Assembly (NCBI GenBank): GCA_043767805.1
Contig: JAYUGC010000062.1
Span: forward strand, 1 to 35,951
Origin: Pseudomonadota bacterium
GTDB lineage: Bacteria > Bdellovibrionota > FAC87 > UBA2466
Direction: 5' to 3'
Length of the DNA: 35,951 nt
Positions 27,211 through 35,951 of the stretch are shown one piece after another; position 1 is the first letter of the stretch; the number at the start of each line of letters is the position of its first letter. The notes under the pieces were generated by a model that was not told the origin of the DNA, did not search any database, and was given only the letters and a program-made list of their open reading frames with translations. The translations under genes and the position numbers were made by a program.

Positions 27211-27396
27211 TTAGTGGGGTGGAATGGCCCGGATGGCGGCGTGAAAGCGCTCCAGCTGTCCGAACTCTATGACCCTCCGATCGCCTTCGTCGAGTAGCTT
27301 TAAATGCGCCCGGTGGCTCCTGTCGTCGATGGTGGTCACATGCTGGCCGTTGGCCTCGAAGATGTGCTCCCGCCCGTTCTTGCCCCTAACACGCGC
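27211..27396 (-). pseudogene. Possible gene remnant: 62-codon open frame with no upstream start
   Basis: Hand translation ARVRGKNGREHIFEANGQHVTTIDDRSHRAHLKLLDEGDRRVIEFGQLERFHAAIRAIPPH*, preceded by an in-frame TAG at 27397-27399. Confidence 0.35.
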
Positions 27397-27487
27397 CTAC
27401 CCACGGACCCAAACCTCCCCACGGCATTGTGGTTGTAGACAAAGGGGGGCCCTAGCAAGTTTTCAAGAGCGCGTAGACTGGAGGAGT

Positions 27488-28267
27488 TCAGTTCCAGTAC
27501 GAGGGCGGTCCGCCCTGGGTCTTTTCCTTGTCGCCGCCTTCGGGCTTCTCGTTCACGATGAGCGTGAACTGGCGTTTCAACTTCTCGCGCTCGTAATCAC
27601 GCTTCTTGCCAGGGCCGCCGAAGCCGGAGGGCCGTTTGTAGCGGAGAAAGATGTAAGTCGCTCCCACGAACATGCCGCCGATATGGGCGAAGTGGGCGAC
27701 GTTGTCTTGGGCGCTCGACTCGACTCCCATGACGAGCTCGATGCCGGCCATGACCAGCACGAAATACTTCGCCTTCATAGGGAACAAAAAGAAGACAAGG
27801 AAATAGCGGTCACCGAAGAAAATACCGTACGCCGCGAGAATCCCGAAAATCGCGCCGCTCGCTCCGATGATGGGATGGACGAGACGCGAGGGATCGGTGA
27901 AGAGCACGTTCACGCCGTAATTGAAAAGCCCCGCGCCAATGCCGCAGATCAGGAAGTATTGCAGGAATTGCCACTTCCCGAGCCGCATTTCGATTTCCGA
28001 TCCGAAGTACCAGAGGATCAGCATGTTCAGCAGAATATGCAGCGGGTGACCGTGCATAAAGATGTAGGTCACGAACTGCCAGTACCAATGCTTGTCGTTG
28101 ATGAACTTCGGCACGAGACCCAGGATCTCGTTCAAGTTCAGGCCCCAGGGCTGAAAGCCCAAGTGGTAGAGAATGAAGTCGATGAAATAGGTGGCGGTGC
28201 AGATGATAATCAGCTGCTTCGTGACGGCCGTCAGCGGCGGGATGGGGCTGATTTGATCGTAGCGCAT
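27488..28267 (-). CDS. Rhomboid family intramembrane serine protease
   Basis: WQFVTYIFMHG..HILLNM, GASGAIFG, AHFAHIGG. Confidence 0.93.
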   Translation of the reverse strand: MRYDQISPIPPLTAVTKQLIIICTATYFIDFILYHLGFQPWGLNLNEILGLVPKFINDKHWYWQFVTYIFMHGHPLHILLNMLILWYFGSEIEMRLGKWQFLQYFLICGIGAGLFNYGVNVLFTDPSRLVHPIIGASGAIFGILAAYGIFFGDRYFLVFFLFPMKAKYFVLVMAGIELVMGVESSAQDNVAHFAHIGGMFVGATYIFLRYKRPSGFGGPGKKRDYEREKLKRQFTLIVNEKPEGGDKEKTQGGPPSYWN

Positions 28268-28280
28268 AGAGTCTACCGAG

Positions 28281-28685
28281 CTAGGAAATCTCTTCCAATT
28301 CGACGAGAACGCCGCCCACGCTTTTAGGGTGGATGAAAAGCGCGCGCCCTCGCGCGGCTTTGCGGATGCCAGGAGGAAGGACTTCGAGCCCTCCCTTTTT
28401 CAAAGTGTCGAGCCAACCTTCTAGGTCGGTCACTTCAAAACTCAGGTGGTGGATCCCGCTGCCTCGCTTGTCGAGGAATTTGGAAATGGGCGAGTCTGCG
28501 GAGGTGGGCTCCAGCAACTCGATCCGCAAATGCTCGGAGACTTCGACCGGGAGCATGGCGGCTCTTACCTTTTCCGTGGGGACGTCGTGGCGCTCGGCGA
28601 CTTTGAACGAGAGAGCTTCCAGCTGGCGCTGAACGGCGGCAATCTCGGGACACGCGATGGCGATGTGTGACAATCGAAGCGGCAT
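28281..28685 (-). CDS. mce: Methylmalonyl-CoA epimerase (VOC family)
   Basis: HIAIA, IELLEPTSADSPISKFLDKRGSGIHHLSFEV, FIHPKSVGGVLVELEE. Confidence 0.9.
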   Translation of the reverse strand: MPLRLSHIAIACPEIAAVQRQLEALSFKVAERHDVPTEKVRAAMLPVEVSEHLRIELLEPTSADSPISKFLDKRGSGIHHLSFEVTDLEGWLDTLKKGGLEVLPPGIRKAARGRALFIHPKSVGGVLVELEEIS

Positions 28686-28732
28686 AGAGCCATCACTTAA
28701 CGAACACCGAGAAATTGTTCAATTATATTATT

Positions 28733-29200
28733 TTACTCTTCCGTGCGCTCGACTGTCGCGTCGAACGCGGGATTGCGCTGGGCTTCGCTGTCGTACATCG
28801 GGATGGGAATGTTGCGAGCCGGCAAAGCGGACCGCCCTTCCACTTCCGCCCGGCTTTGCTGAAGCGACTCACCGGACTTCAGCTTCTGTTTGGCGAAGCA
28901 ATCCCGGTAAGCCCTCAAATCGTTTCGGAGCGATTCGCAGGTTTGCAGCCACTCGGCCCGCTGCCCGCTGTTGTAATCGGGCTCGGAGCCCAAGTAACGT
29001 TCCTGGCCGCTCGCGCCTTTGCGCGTCGTCGGCGGCGGATCTTTCTGACCCAGCTCAAAGACGCGGTCGTCCCAAATCTGCACGGCGCTACTCGCCTTTG
29101 CGGGACCCTGCGCTTGCGGCGCGGCATTTTGCCCCGTCTCACCGAACGCGGCGATGGCCGCGAGTCCAAGAATGGAAAAAATCAGCAGGGAAACTCTCAT
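28733..29200 (-). CDS. Hypothetical secreted protein
   Basis: Start ATG 29200; signal peptide MRVSLLIFSILGLAAIAAFG; Cys pair C-x12-C. Confidence 0.7.
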   Translation of the reverse strand: MRVSLLIFSILGLAAIAAFGETGQNAAPQAQGPAKASSAVQIWDDRVFELGQKDPPPTTRKGASGQERYLGSEPDYNSGQRAEWLQTCESLRNDLRAYRDCFAKQKLKSGESLQQSRAEVEGRSALPARNIPIPMYDSEAQRNPAFDATVERTEE

Positions 29201-29396
29201 AGAACCACGCGAAGGGGACATTACCGGGGAGGTTCTCTTAAGGGTAACACCCGGCCCTGGAGGCCACAAGAAGCCACCCTTTGGACACCTCTGTCACCCA
29301 TTACGACAACCGGCCTGAGTAGTTGAATTTCTTGGCGATCGGCGAGCCAAAGCTTAGACTATTGTGAATTTAGCACGAAGCAGAAGGAGCCACAGC

Positions 29397-29831
29397 GTGA
29401 GCAAAAAAGAAGGTACCAAAGGAATTCTTGAACAACTCGACCGCATCCTCGAAGCGGAGCTTTCCGGGGTAGTCCGCTATCTCCATTACAGCTTCATGAT
29501 CTTCGGGCCGAACCGCATTCCCATCACCGCCTGGTTCCGCGGCCACGCCAATGAAGGCATGGGCCACGCGGTCACCATCGGAGAAAAGATTACGGCTCTC
29601 GGCGGCCACCCGAGCCTCAAGGTGAAGCCCGTTCCGGAGAGCAATCAGCACAACGTAATCGAGCTCCTGAAAGAATCTCTCGAGTACGAACGGGAAACGT
29701 TAAAGCTCTACTACGGCCTACTCGAAATGAGTCTCGGCGACGTGCCCCTCGAAGAGATGACCCGTAAGTTAATCACCGACGAGACCGGCCACGTCGAAGA
29801 AGTCGAAAAAATGATCCGCAACGTAAAGTAG
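29397..29831 (+). CDS. Ferritin-like / bacterioferritin family protein
   Basis: GTG start after AAGGAG; E.ELSGVVRYLHYSF, E.MGHA..IGE.IT.LGGHP, E.E.L..Y, DE..HVEEVEK di-iron motifs. Confidence 0.88.
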   Translation: MSKKEGTKGILEQLDRILEAELSGVVRYLHYSFMIFGPNRIPITAWFRGHANEGMGHAVTIGEKITALGGHPSLKVKPVPESNQHNVIELLKESLEYERETLKLYYGLLEMSLGDVPLEEMTRKLITDETGHVEEVEKMIRNVK

Positions 29832-29833
29832 AC

Positions 29834-29902
29834 CGCTCGATCCGGGCCGGTCAACAGTGACTGGGCCGGATCGAACGCGCGGGAGCGCGGGCCCCCTCCC
29901 CG
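29834..29902. repeat. Short hairpin element sharing its termini with the 6871-7078 giant hairpin
   Basis: cgctcgatccgggc (14/14), cagtgactgg (10/10), ggatcgaacgcgcggga (17/17) and a gcgcgggNNcccNccccg tail. Confidence 0.9.
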
Positions 29903-29989
29903 CCGGGTTAAGTAACCTTTCCCGACGCGTGACTGACGTAAAACGGCACTTCCAGCCTTAAATCCAGCCTGATTCCCGCACGAGATAGG

Positions 29990-30005
29990 TGGCACTTCCC
30001 TTGCT
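29990..30005 (+). promoter_or_regulatory. sigma54 (-24/-12) promoter
   Basis: TGGCACTTCCCTTGCT matches the consensus, ~57 nt upstream of ATG 30063. Confidence 0.85.
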
Positions 30006-30062
30006 TGTGTTCAGCTTGGCTTCAGCCAAAGGCATTCCTTTGGCCATAGGGGGATTTTGCTC

Positions 30063-31112
30063 ATGGGTCGCAAGAAAATCGCAGGACCGGAAGAACTTCT
30101 GAAAAGCATGAACGAAGGCACGGAAGAAAAAACGCGCCCGTATATCGACATCAAGTCGCTTGCGGCGGAAGAAGCCGAGCTCGAAGCTTTGAACGAGGCC
30201 GACGACGTCGAGCTCGATGAAGGCGATTCCGATCCGGATAAAACCACCGAGCTCGATCTCACGAGCGAGTCCAAACGCAAAAGCGCCGCCAAGAAGCCGC
30301 GCATACCCCGTAAGCGCAAAGAGCCCGCGATCGTCGACGAAGACATCACCGCGGTCCTCGAGCCGAAACTTGAAGCGGCTCCCAAAAAAGAAATTAAGAA
30401 AGAAGCGGCGGCAAAGGCCGTAATCGTCGAAACCCTGGTTACCGAGCCGGTCACCGCCGTGGTCTCGAAGCCCCAGTTTCATCACGACGACCATCTCCGT
30501 GAAGATGCGTCCATCGCGTCGGCTAGCCTCCACAAAACCATGGAGTCCATGGTGAAACAGTGGGGCTCCGTGAAAGAAATCAGCGGCAGCATTTGTTCCG
30601 AGCTCGAACGGGTCAACACCATGCTGAAGATGCCCGCGCCTCAAGCCGAGCCTGCGGACATCAAGGAATACTTGAAGCAGGCCGCGCCTCGCATCACCTT
30701 GGCCAATAAGATCGCGCTCGGCGTGAGCGCCGCCGCGGTGGTCTTCTCGATCCTGTCTCTGTCTTTGGCGAGCTCCACCCGGCACCGCCTCTTGGAGCAA
30801 AGTAGCGTTCCCGCGGTCGCCTTCGAGCGCCGTCAGGAAAAGCCTCAACCCGTGCGCCCGGTTCAACAAGCGCCCGTGGCAGTCGCGAAACCCACGGTCG
30901 TCGAAGCGCCCGTGGTCGCGCACACGACGCCTCCTCCCGTAGTGCCGGCCATCGAGAAAACGATTCCGAAAGCGTCGCCCACGGCAAAAGAATGGGCGGC
31001 CTCCGAGCTGTCCAGGCAGCCTTTGCTCTCGCCGCCCAAGGCACGCGCGAGAAAGCCGGTCGCGCTCGCAAAAGCGCACGGACGGACGTCGCACTCGCGC
31101 CGCGCCCGCTAA
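30063..31112 (+). CDS. Hypothetical bitopic membrane protein (acidic/basic disordered N-terminus, one TM, Pro/Ala-rich C-terminus)
   Basis: AGGGGG SD; TM segment IALGVSAAAVVFSILSLSLA; genome-like codon usage. Confidence 0.8.
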   Translation: MGRKKIAGPEELLKSMNEGTEEKTRPYIDIKSLAAEEAELEALNEADDVELDEGDSDPDKTTELDLTSESKRKSAAKKPRIPRKRKEPAIVDEDITAVLEPKLEAAPKKEIKKEAAAKAVIVETLVTEPVTAVVSKPQFHHDDHLREDASIASASLHKTMESMVKQWGSVKEISGSICSELERVNTMLKMPAPQAEPADIKEYLKQAAPRITLANKIALGVSAAAVVFSILSLSLASSTRHRLLEQSSVPAVAFERRQEKPQPVRPVQQAPVAVAKPTVVEAPVVAHTTPPPVVPAIEKTIPKASPTAKEWAASELSRQPLLSPPKARARKPVALAKAHGRTSHSRRAR

Positions 31113-31114
31113 GC

Positions 31115-31142
31115 TTGACACTCGACTCGGCTTGCCTAAATC
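31115..31142 (+). promoter_or_regulatory. sigma70-type promoter of the CYTH gene
   Basis: TTGACA-16-TAAATC, ~10 nt upstream of ATG 31153. Confidence 0.55.
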
Positions 31143-31152
31143 CTTGGGTGAG

Positions 31153-31758
31153 ATGCAAGAAATCGAGCTGAAGTACGCGCTAACCGTTTCCGAGTACCGT
31201 CGTTTGAGAGCAGGTCTCGGCCGCTCTAAAACCTCGCGTTTCACCAACACGTTTTTTGATACGCCGAGCTTCCTGCTCCGCAAGAAGCACATCGGCTGCC
31301 GCCTGCGCACAGCTCCCGGCAAAGCCGCCACCCTGACCGTGAAGCACGGCGGAGGCACTAAGGGCGGGCTCCACCGACGCACCGAAATCGAGTGCGAGGT
31401 TTCCACTTTGCTGGCGAGACGAATCATCGCCGGCAAGGCGTCGCTCGCGGAGCTCTCGGACACGGAGCCCATAAAAGCGCTCCTGAAGCTTACGAACCCC
31501 CAGGCCGTCGCCTCTCTCTCCCGCCTGGGAAGCCTCACCACCGCGCGGACTAAGTTTAAGTTCCTGGGCCTCGTGGGAGAGCTGGACGCTTGCCGCCTAG
31601 GGCGCGCTTCGTTTCACGAGCTCGAGGTGGAGAGCCACCGACCCAAACAGGCGGACGCCCTCACTCGCGGCTGGCTCGAGAAGCGCGGCATCGCCGTCCG
31701 GCCCGAAGGCCGGACGAAACTGGGTCGATTCTTCGAGAGCTTGAATAAACGGCGTTAG
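31153..31758 (+). CDS. CYTH domain protein (triphosphate tunnel metalloenzyme)
   Basis: EIELKY, NTFFDTP.FLL......RLR, LTVK, RTEIE, HELEVE, TKLGRF. Confidence 0.88.
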   Translation: MQEIELKYALTVSEYRRLRAGLGRSKTSRFTNTFFDTPSFLLRKKHIGCRLRTAPGKAATLTVKHGGGTKGGLHRRTEIECEVSTLLARRIIAGKASLAELSDTEPIKALLKLTNPQAVASLSRLGSLTTARTKFKFLGLVGELDACRLGRASFHELEVESHRPKQADALTRGWLEKRGIAVRPEGRTKLGRFFESLNKRR

Positions 31759-34700
31759 ATGGGTTGAACCGGCGCGGTTTTACCGCGAGCCGCCACGCGA
31801 TCTTGCGCTTCGTCGTCGGCTTTCGCCGTAAAAAGGCGTTTCATCAGACCGAGCGACCAGAGCCGGAACCGGTCGATGTAAGCAAAGGACGCCGGTACCA
31901 CTACTAGCGTAAGTAACGTCGAGCTCAAGACACCGCCGATGACGGCGATACCCAGACTGGTTCTCTGCTTCGAAGCTTCGTTTAGTCCGATGGCTAACGG
32001 AATCATGCCCGCGACGAGCGCGAAGCTCGTCATGAGAATGGGACGGAGCCGAGTCCGGCCCGCTTCCATCATGGCCTCGCCTCTTTCCATGCCTTCCGCG
32101 ATCTTCTGATTCGCGTAGTCCACTAGCAGAATTGAGTTTTTAGTCGCGATACCGAGGAGCATCACGCAACCGATCATCGAGAAGAGATCGAGAGTCGCTC
32201 CCGTGAGCGCCAGCGCGTAGAAAGCACCGCAAGCCGCGAGAGGCAGCACGAGCATGATGGTGAACGGAGTCACGAACGACTCGTAAAGGCTCGCCAGCAC
32301 CAGATAAATGAAAACGATACCCAGGCCCGCCGCCACCGCCATGTTGATGGCAAGCTCCTTGAAGTTCTCCGCTTGGCCGGTGAACGAGTACCGGTAACCG
32401 GGCGGAAGCTTAATCTCGTTCTCGAACATCTTCGAGACTTCCGAGATGGCGCCTCCCATTCCCGGGCCACCCGGCGCGACGTCCGCTCCGATTTGCACGA
32501 AGCGGCCGCGATCCAGGCGATCGATATTTGACGGGCCTTTGGTCCGGACCGGGTTGGCGACGTTGGAGAGCTTCACCAGGGACTGGTTTACGTTCGGGAC
32601 GTAAATGTCCGGGAAAGACGTCTCCAGATCGCGCTGCTCTTCTTTCAGGCGGATACGAATGTCGTACTCCTCACCATGTTCGCGAAAGACCGCGGGCGTA
32701 GTGCCCTCCAAAAGGTTACGCACTTCCTGACCGACGACCGCGGAGGAAACGCCGAGGCGTTCCGCGCGGCGGAGATCCATGGCCACCTGAAACTCAGGTT
32801 TTCCGGGACGGAAGCTCACGTCGACGTCTTTGAGCGCGGGGCTCTTCTTCAAGCGCACCAGCACTTCGCTGCCGATCCGTTCGAGCTCCTTCAAGTCAGG
32901 ACCGATGATGTTCAGCGTGAACGGGCGCATGCCGCCGCCCACCGCATCGAAGTCTTTCACTTTAGGAGTCGCCTGAGCGTAGGCCTTTAGCTGCTCGCGG
33001 AGCTTATCCTTGAACTGGCTGGTATTGCCCACGCGTTGCTTAGACGGCACTAGGCTGACGAAGAAGCTCGCCTTATTGGCTTGGCCGTCGCGATCACCGA
33101 CGACGAGTACGGCGAGCGCGACTTCTTTATTGTCGCGAATCGTCTTGTCCACCTGAAGGGCGAGATCGCCCATGGCGGTGAGACTCGTTCCGGGCGGCAA
33201 GTCGATATCGACGGTGAACTCGCCGTTGTCTTGAGGCGGCAAGAACGTTTTTGAAACGTGACCGAGGGCCACGAAGCTCAAAGCAACGACGCCGAACGAA
33301 AGGCCCAAGGTCGCCCACGGGCGGCGGATGGTCCACCGAAGCACCGTCAGGTACACCTTCTCGAGCCAATCCTGGAAGCGCCCGAAACCGACGACGAGAC
33401 GCCCGATGGTATGGTCGAATAGGCCCTTCTTCTGATTGCCGTGCCCGTGTCCTTGGGTCCCGACGAAATACGCCGAGAGCATGGGCGCGATGGTGAGCGC
33501 GTCGAACAGACTAATCATCATCGCAAAGCAGATGGTGAGACCGAACTCTTTAAAGAACTGGCCGACCACGCCCTGCAAGAAAGCGATGGGTGCGAAGACT
33601 GCGATTACGGTCAACGTCGTCGCCACGACCGCCAGCGAAACCTCTTTAGTTCCCGCGAGCGCCGCCTGAATCGGCGATTTTCCCATTTCGATGTGACGGA
33701 AGATGTTCTCTCGCACGACGATGGCGTCATCGATTAGGAGACCTACGGCGAGGCTCAGCGCGAGTAAGGTCATCAGATTCACGCTGAAACCCATGAGGGA
33801 CATCAGAATGAAGGAGCCGATGAGCGAGTTCGGAAGCGCGAGACCGGTAACGATGGTCGAGCGCACCGAGCCGAGAAAGAAAAACACCACGATGATGGTG
33901 AGGATGACGCCGAAGAGAATCGACTCACGCACGTCGTCCACGTTGGCGCGAACGGGCTTCGAGCCGTCTTGGACGATGGAGAGCTCGGGCTTACCGGGAT
34001 CGTTCTTCATGCTCTCATTGAGCAGTTCCACGCGCTTCTTGATGCCGTCCGCCACTTCGATGGTATTGGAACCGGCCTGGCGGTAGACGAGCAAAATCAT
34101 GCCGCGCTTACCGTTCACGAAGGCTTGGGTCTTCTCGTCTTGAAGGGTGTCTTTGACCTCACCGATGTCGGTCACGGTCACGGGCACTTCGTTGCCCGCG
34201 AAATTGAGAACGGTGTTCTCGACGTCTTTCAGGCTCCGGAACTCACCCAAGGTACGAACCACGGTCTCGTTCTTGGGGTTCTCGAGCTTACCCGCCGGAA
34301 TATTCATGCCGGCCGCTTTGATCCGGGCGGTGACTAGGCTCGCGGAGAGCTCGCGCTCTTTCAGCTTTTTGCGATCGAGCTCGATGCGGATCTCGCGCTT
34401 TCTTCCCCCGTACACGTCGACCAGACCGACCTGGTTCACCTGCTCGATTTTGGGACGCACGACGCGGTCGGCGAGATCGAAGAGCTGAGCCGGAGGCAAG
34501 TCCGCGCTCACCGAAACGCGCAAGATCGGCTGATCGGCCGGATCGATTTTGCGGATGGTCGCTTCCAGCGCTTCGTCCGGCATCTTTTTGCGGGCCGTCG
34601 ACGTACGGTCCCGGATCTGCTGCTCGGCGTACTTGATGTCCATGCCGAGGTTGAACTCGGCGACCACGATGCTGACGCCTTCGCGGTTATAAGAAGTGAG

Positions 34701-34937
34701 GCGCTTTACGCCGCCAAGCGAGCTGAACTCTTCTTCGAGAGGCCGGCTGATGAGGGTTTCCACTTCTTCCGGACCCGCGCCTGGGTAAGGCGTGGTGACG
34801 GTCACTACCGGGAAAGTTACGTCGGGGAAAAGGTTCACGGGCAGCTTGAAGAGGGAGAGAAGTCCCACCGCCAAGGAGGCCAGAACGATACAGGTTACGA
34901 AAATAGGACGCTTAATGGAAAGTTCAGCGAGATTCAT
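31755..34937 (-). CDS. RND efflux transporter permease (AcrB/HAE1 family)
   Basis: MNLAELSIKRPIF, GLLIDDAIVVRENI, GIATKNSILLVDYA, RLRPILMTS; 1060 aa. Confidence 0.95.
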   Translation of the reverse strand: MNLAELSIKRPIFVTCIVLASLAVGLLSLFKLPVNLFPDVTFPVVTVTTPYPGAGPEEVETLISRPLEEEFSSLGGVKRLTSYNREGVSIVVAEFNLGMDIKYAEQQIRDRTSTARKKMPDEALEATIRKIDPADQPILRVSVSADLPPAQLFDLADRVVRPKIEQVNQVGLVDVYGGRKREIRIELDRKKLKERELSASLVTARIKAAGMNIPAGKLENPKNETVVRTLGEFRSLKDVENTVLNFAGNEVPVTVTDIGEVKDTLQDEKTQAFVNGKRGMILLVYRQAGSNTIEVADGIKKRVELLNESMKNDPGKPELSIVQDGSKPVRANVDDVRESILFGVILTIIVVFFFLGSVRSTIVTGLALPNSLIGSFILMSLMGFSVNLMTLLALSLAVGLLIDDAIVVRENIFRHIEMGKSPIQAALAGTKEVSLAVVATTLTVIAVFAPIAFLQGVVGQFFKEFGLTICFAMMISLFDALTIAPMLSAYFVGTQGHGHGNQKKGLFDHTIGRLVVGFGRFQDWLEKVYLTVLRWTIRRPWATLGLSFGVVALSFVALGHVSKTFLPPQDNGEFTVDIDLPPGTSLTAMGDLALQVDKTIRDNKEVALAVLVVGDRDGQANKASFFVSLVPSKQRVGNTSQFKDKLREQLKAYAQATPKVKDFDAVGGGMRPFTLNIIGPDLKELERIGSEVLVRLKKSPALKDVDVSFRPGKPEFQVAMDLRRAERLGVSSAVVGQEVRNLLEGTTPAVFREHGEEYDIRIRLKEEQRDLETSFPDIYVPNVNQSLVKLSNVANPVRTKGPSNIDRLDRGRFVQIGADVAPGGPGMGGAISEVSKMFENEIKLPPGYRYSFTGQAENFKELAINMAVAAGLGIVFIYLVLASLYESFVTPFTIMLVLPLAACGAFYALALTGATLDLFSMIGCVMLLGIATKNSILLVDYANQKIAEGMERGEAMMEAGRTRLRPILMTSFALVAGMIPLAIGLNEASKQRTSLGIAVIGGVLSSTLLTLVVVPASFAYIDRFRLWSLGLMKRLFTAKADDEAQDRVAARGKTAPVQPI

Positions 34938-35951
34938 TGTCGCCTCCGAAAGTCTTCATCTGAGCAATCAAGCCCAGGATTTCCCCTTCCACCTTCAAGC
35001 GCATACGCCGGGAGTTTGCGTAGTCTTCTTCAAACTGGAGCACCTGATAGGTATTGGTCTTCGCTCGTCGCAGCCGGTCCCGCTCGTAGTCGACCTTCTG
35101 CTTCTGCGCGTTTTCCATTTGCCGGGACAAGTCGAGCCGGATGCGCCGATCGCTTAGCTGATCGACGAGGCTCTTCCAATCGGAGTCCTGCTCGACGACC
35201 TTACGCTTGAAATTGAGCTCGGCCCCGAGCCTTTCTTTTTCGTAACCGGCTTTGTTGCGCTTGATGAGGCTGAAATCGAGAGGTGTGGCGAACTTCACGC
35301 CCACCAGCGCATAAGGATGCTTGGTGCTGTAGGCTTCACCGAACGCATCGCCGAAGGCGGGGTCGCGGCCGTTCAGGGACAAGTTCAACTGTAAGTCCAA
35401 AGTCGGTGAGTTCTTCTGTTTACCCGCTTCGGCATTGGCCGCGGCAATGCGCTCTTGCTGCTGGGCCGCTTTCACGTCGTCTCTGAGCGCGGCGCGCTTG
35501 GGCACGTCGAGGTTTTTCAGCACTTCCGCGTCGAGCGGCTCGAGCTCGTCTTTCACTTCGTCGGAGTCGAGGCCGCGAGACAAATTGAAAGCGCGGCTGG
35601 CGAGTCGCAGATCATCCAGGAAGCCTTTGAGCTCCAGCTCCCGGAAGCGGTAGGCGGCGTCGGCTTGCAGGAAATCCGCTTTATCGGCGAGATCGAGCTT
35701 CGCCCGGCCCGACGCCCAGTCCTTCAGCTTCGCCGCGCGGGCCAAACTGTCCTTTTGAATGTCGACCAGCTCACGCGCGAGAGCAAGACGCCAGTAAGCG
35801 CCTTCCGCCGACGAAACCATGCCTTTTACTTTGTAGGACTCGACGTAGCGGCTAGCGAGCAAGGACGCCTGAATGAGATCGGCCTGCGCCTTTGTCTCCG
35901 CGCCGAAGCCGTTTCTCCAAAGGGACTGAGTTAATTCCAAGTTGGGCGCGG
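34924..35951 (-). CDS. TolC family outer-membrane efflux protein (5' end outside the window)
   Basis: ELTQSLWRNGFG, AYWRLALA..L..I, LQA.A...RE, helical repeats; overlaps the RND start. Confidence 0.85.
   Translation of the reverse strand, partial: APNLELTQSLWRNGFGAETKAQADLIQASLLASRYVESYKVKGMVSSAEGAYWRLALARELVDIQKDSLARAAKLKDWASGRAKLDLADKADFLQADAAYRFRELELKGFLDDLRLASRAFNLSRGLDSDEVKDELEPLDAEVLKNLDVPKRAALRDDVKAAQQQERIAAANAEAGKQKNSPTLDLQLNLSLNGRDPAFGDAFGEAYSTKHPYALVGVKFATPLDFSLIKRNKAGYEKERLGAELNFKRKVVEQDSDWKSLVDQLSDRRIRLDLSRQMENAQKQKVDYERDRLRRAKTNTYQVLQFEEDYANSRRMRLKVEGEILGLIAQMKTFGGDNESR

Noticed and set aside
27205..27299. In-frame readthrough of ftsK into SELYDPPIAFVE, resembling the start of a gamma domain
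   Set aside because: It is followed at once by two stops and lacks the LQR/IGYNRA motif. The open frame can be explained as the antisense of the minus-strand remnant.
29958..31541. Long minus-strand 527-aa ORF and similar antisense ORFs (e.g. 12706-13809, 25174-26262, 27269-28327)
   Set aside because: Shadow ORFs typical of GC-rich DNA, overlapping well-supported genes on the opposite strand.

Overview
GC-rich bacterial chromosomal window. The gene content (FHA-GGDEF cyclase, DUF222-like HNH, mitochondrial-type aconitase, SdhCAB, many orphan secreted proteins) suggests a Bdellovibrionota/Oligoflexia-like or related deltaproteobacterial lineage; this is inference only. Most genes are housekeeping or transport: two glycosyltransferases, a NitT/TauT ABC pair, M48 protease, ClC, aconitase, sdhCAB, KH protein, FHA-GGDEF, DHH phosphoesterase, Zn-binding dehydrogenase, FtsK, rhomboid, methylmalonyl-CoA epimerase, a ferritin-like protein, CYTH, and RND+TolC. 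The unusual signals are non-coding. (1) A ~354-nt degenerate rod-like inverted repeat (23482-23835), with mismatches biased toward G-U pairs on the minus strand, lies divergently upstream of a solo HNH endonuclease; this is a candidate structured-RNA or ssDNA-hairpin plus HNH system. (2) A ~186-nt hairpin with a 38-bp perfect stem (6871-7056) has termini that recur as a short hairpin at 29834-29902. (3) Four clear sigma54 -24/-12 promoters each precede an orphan secreted or membrane protein gene. No rRNA, tRNA or CRISPR array was recognised. All alignments and counts were done by hand.
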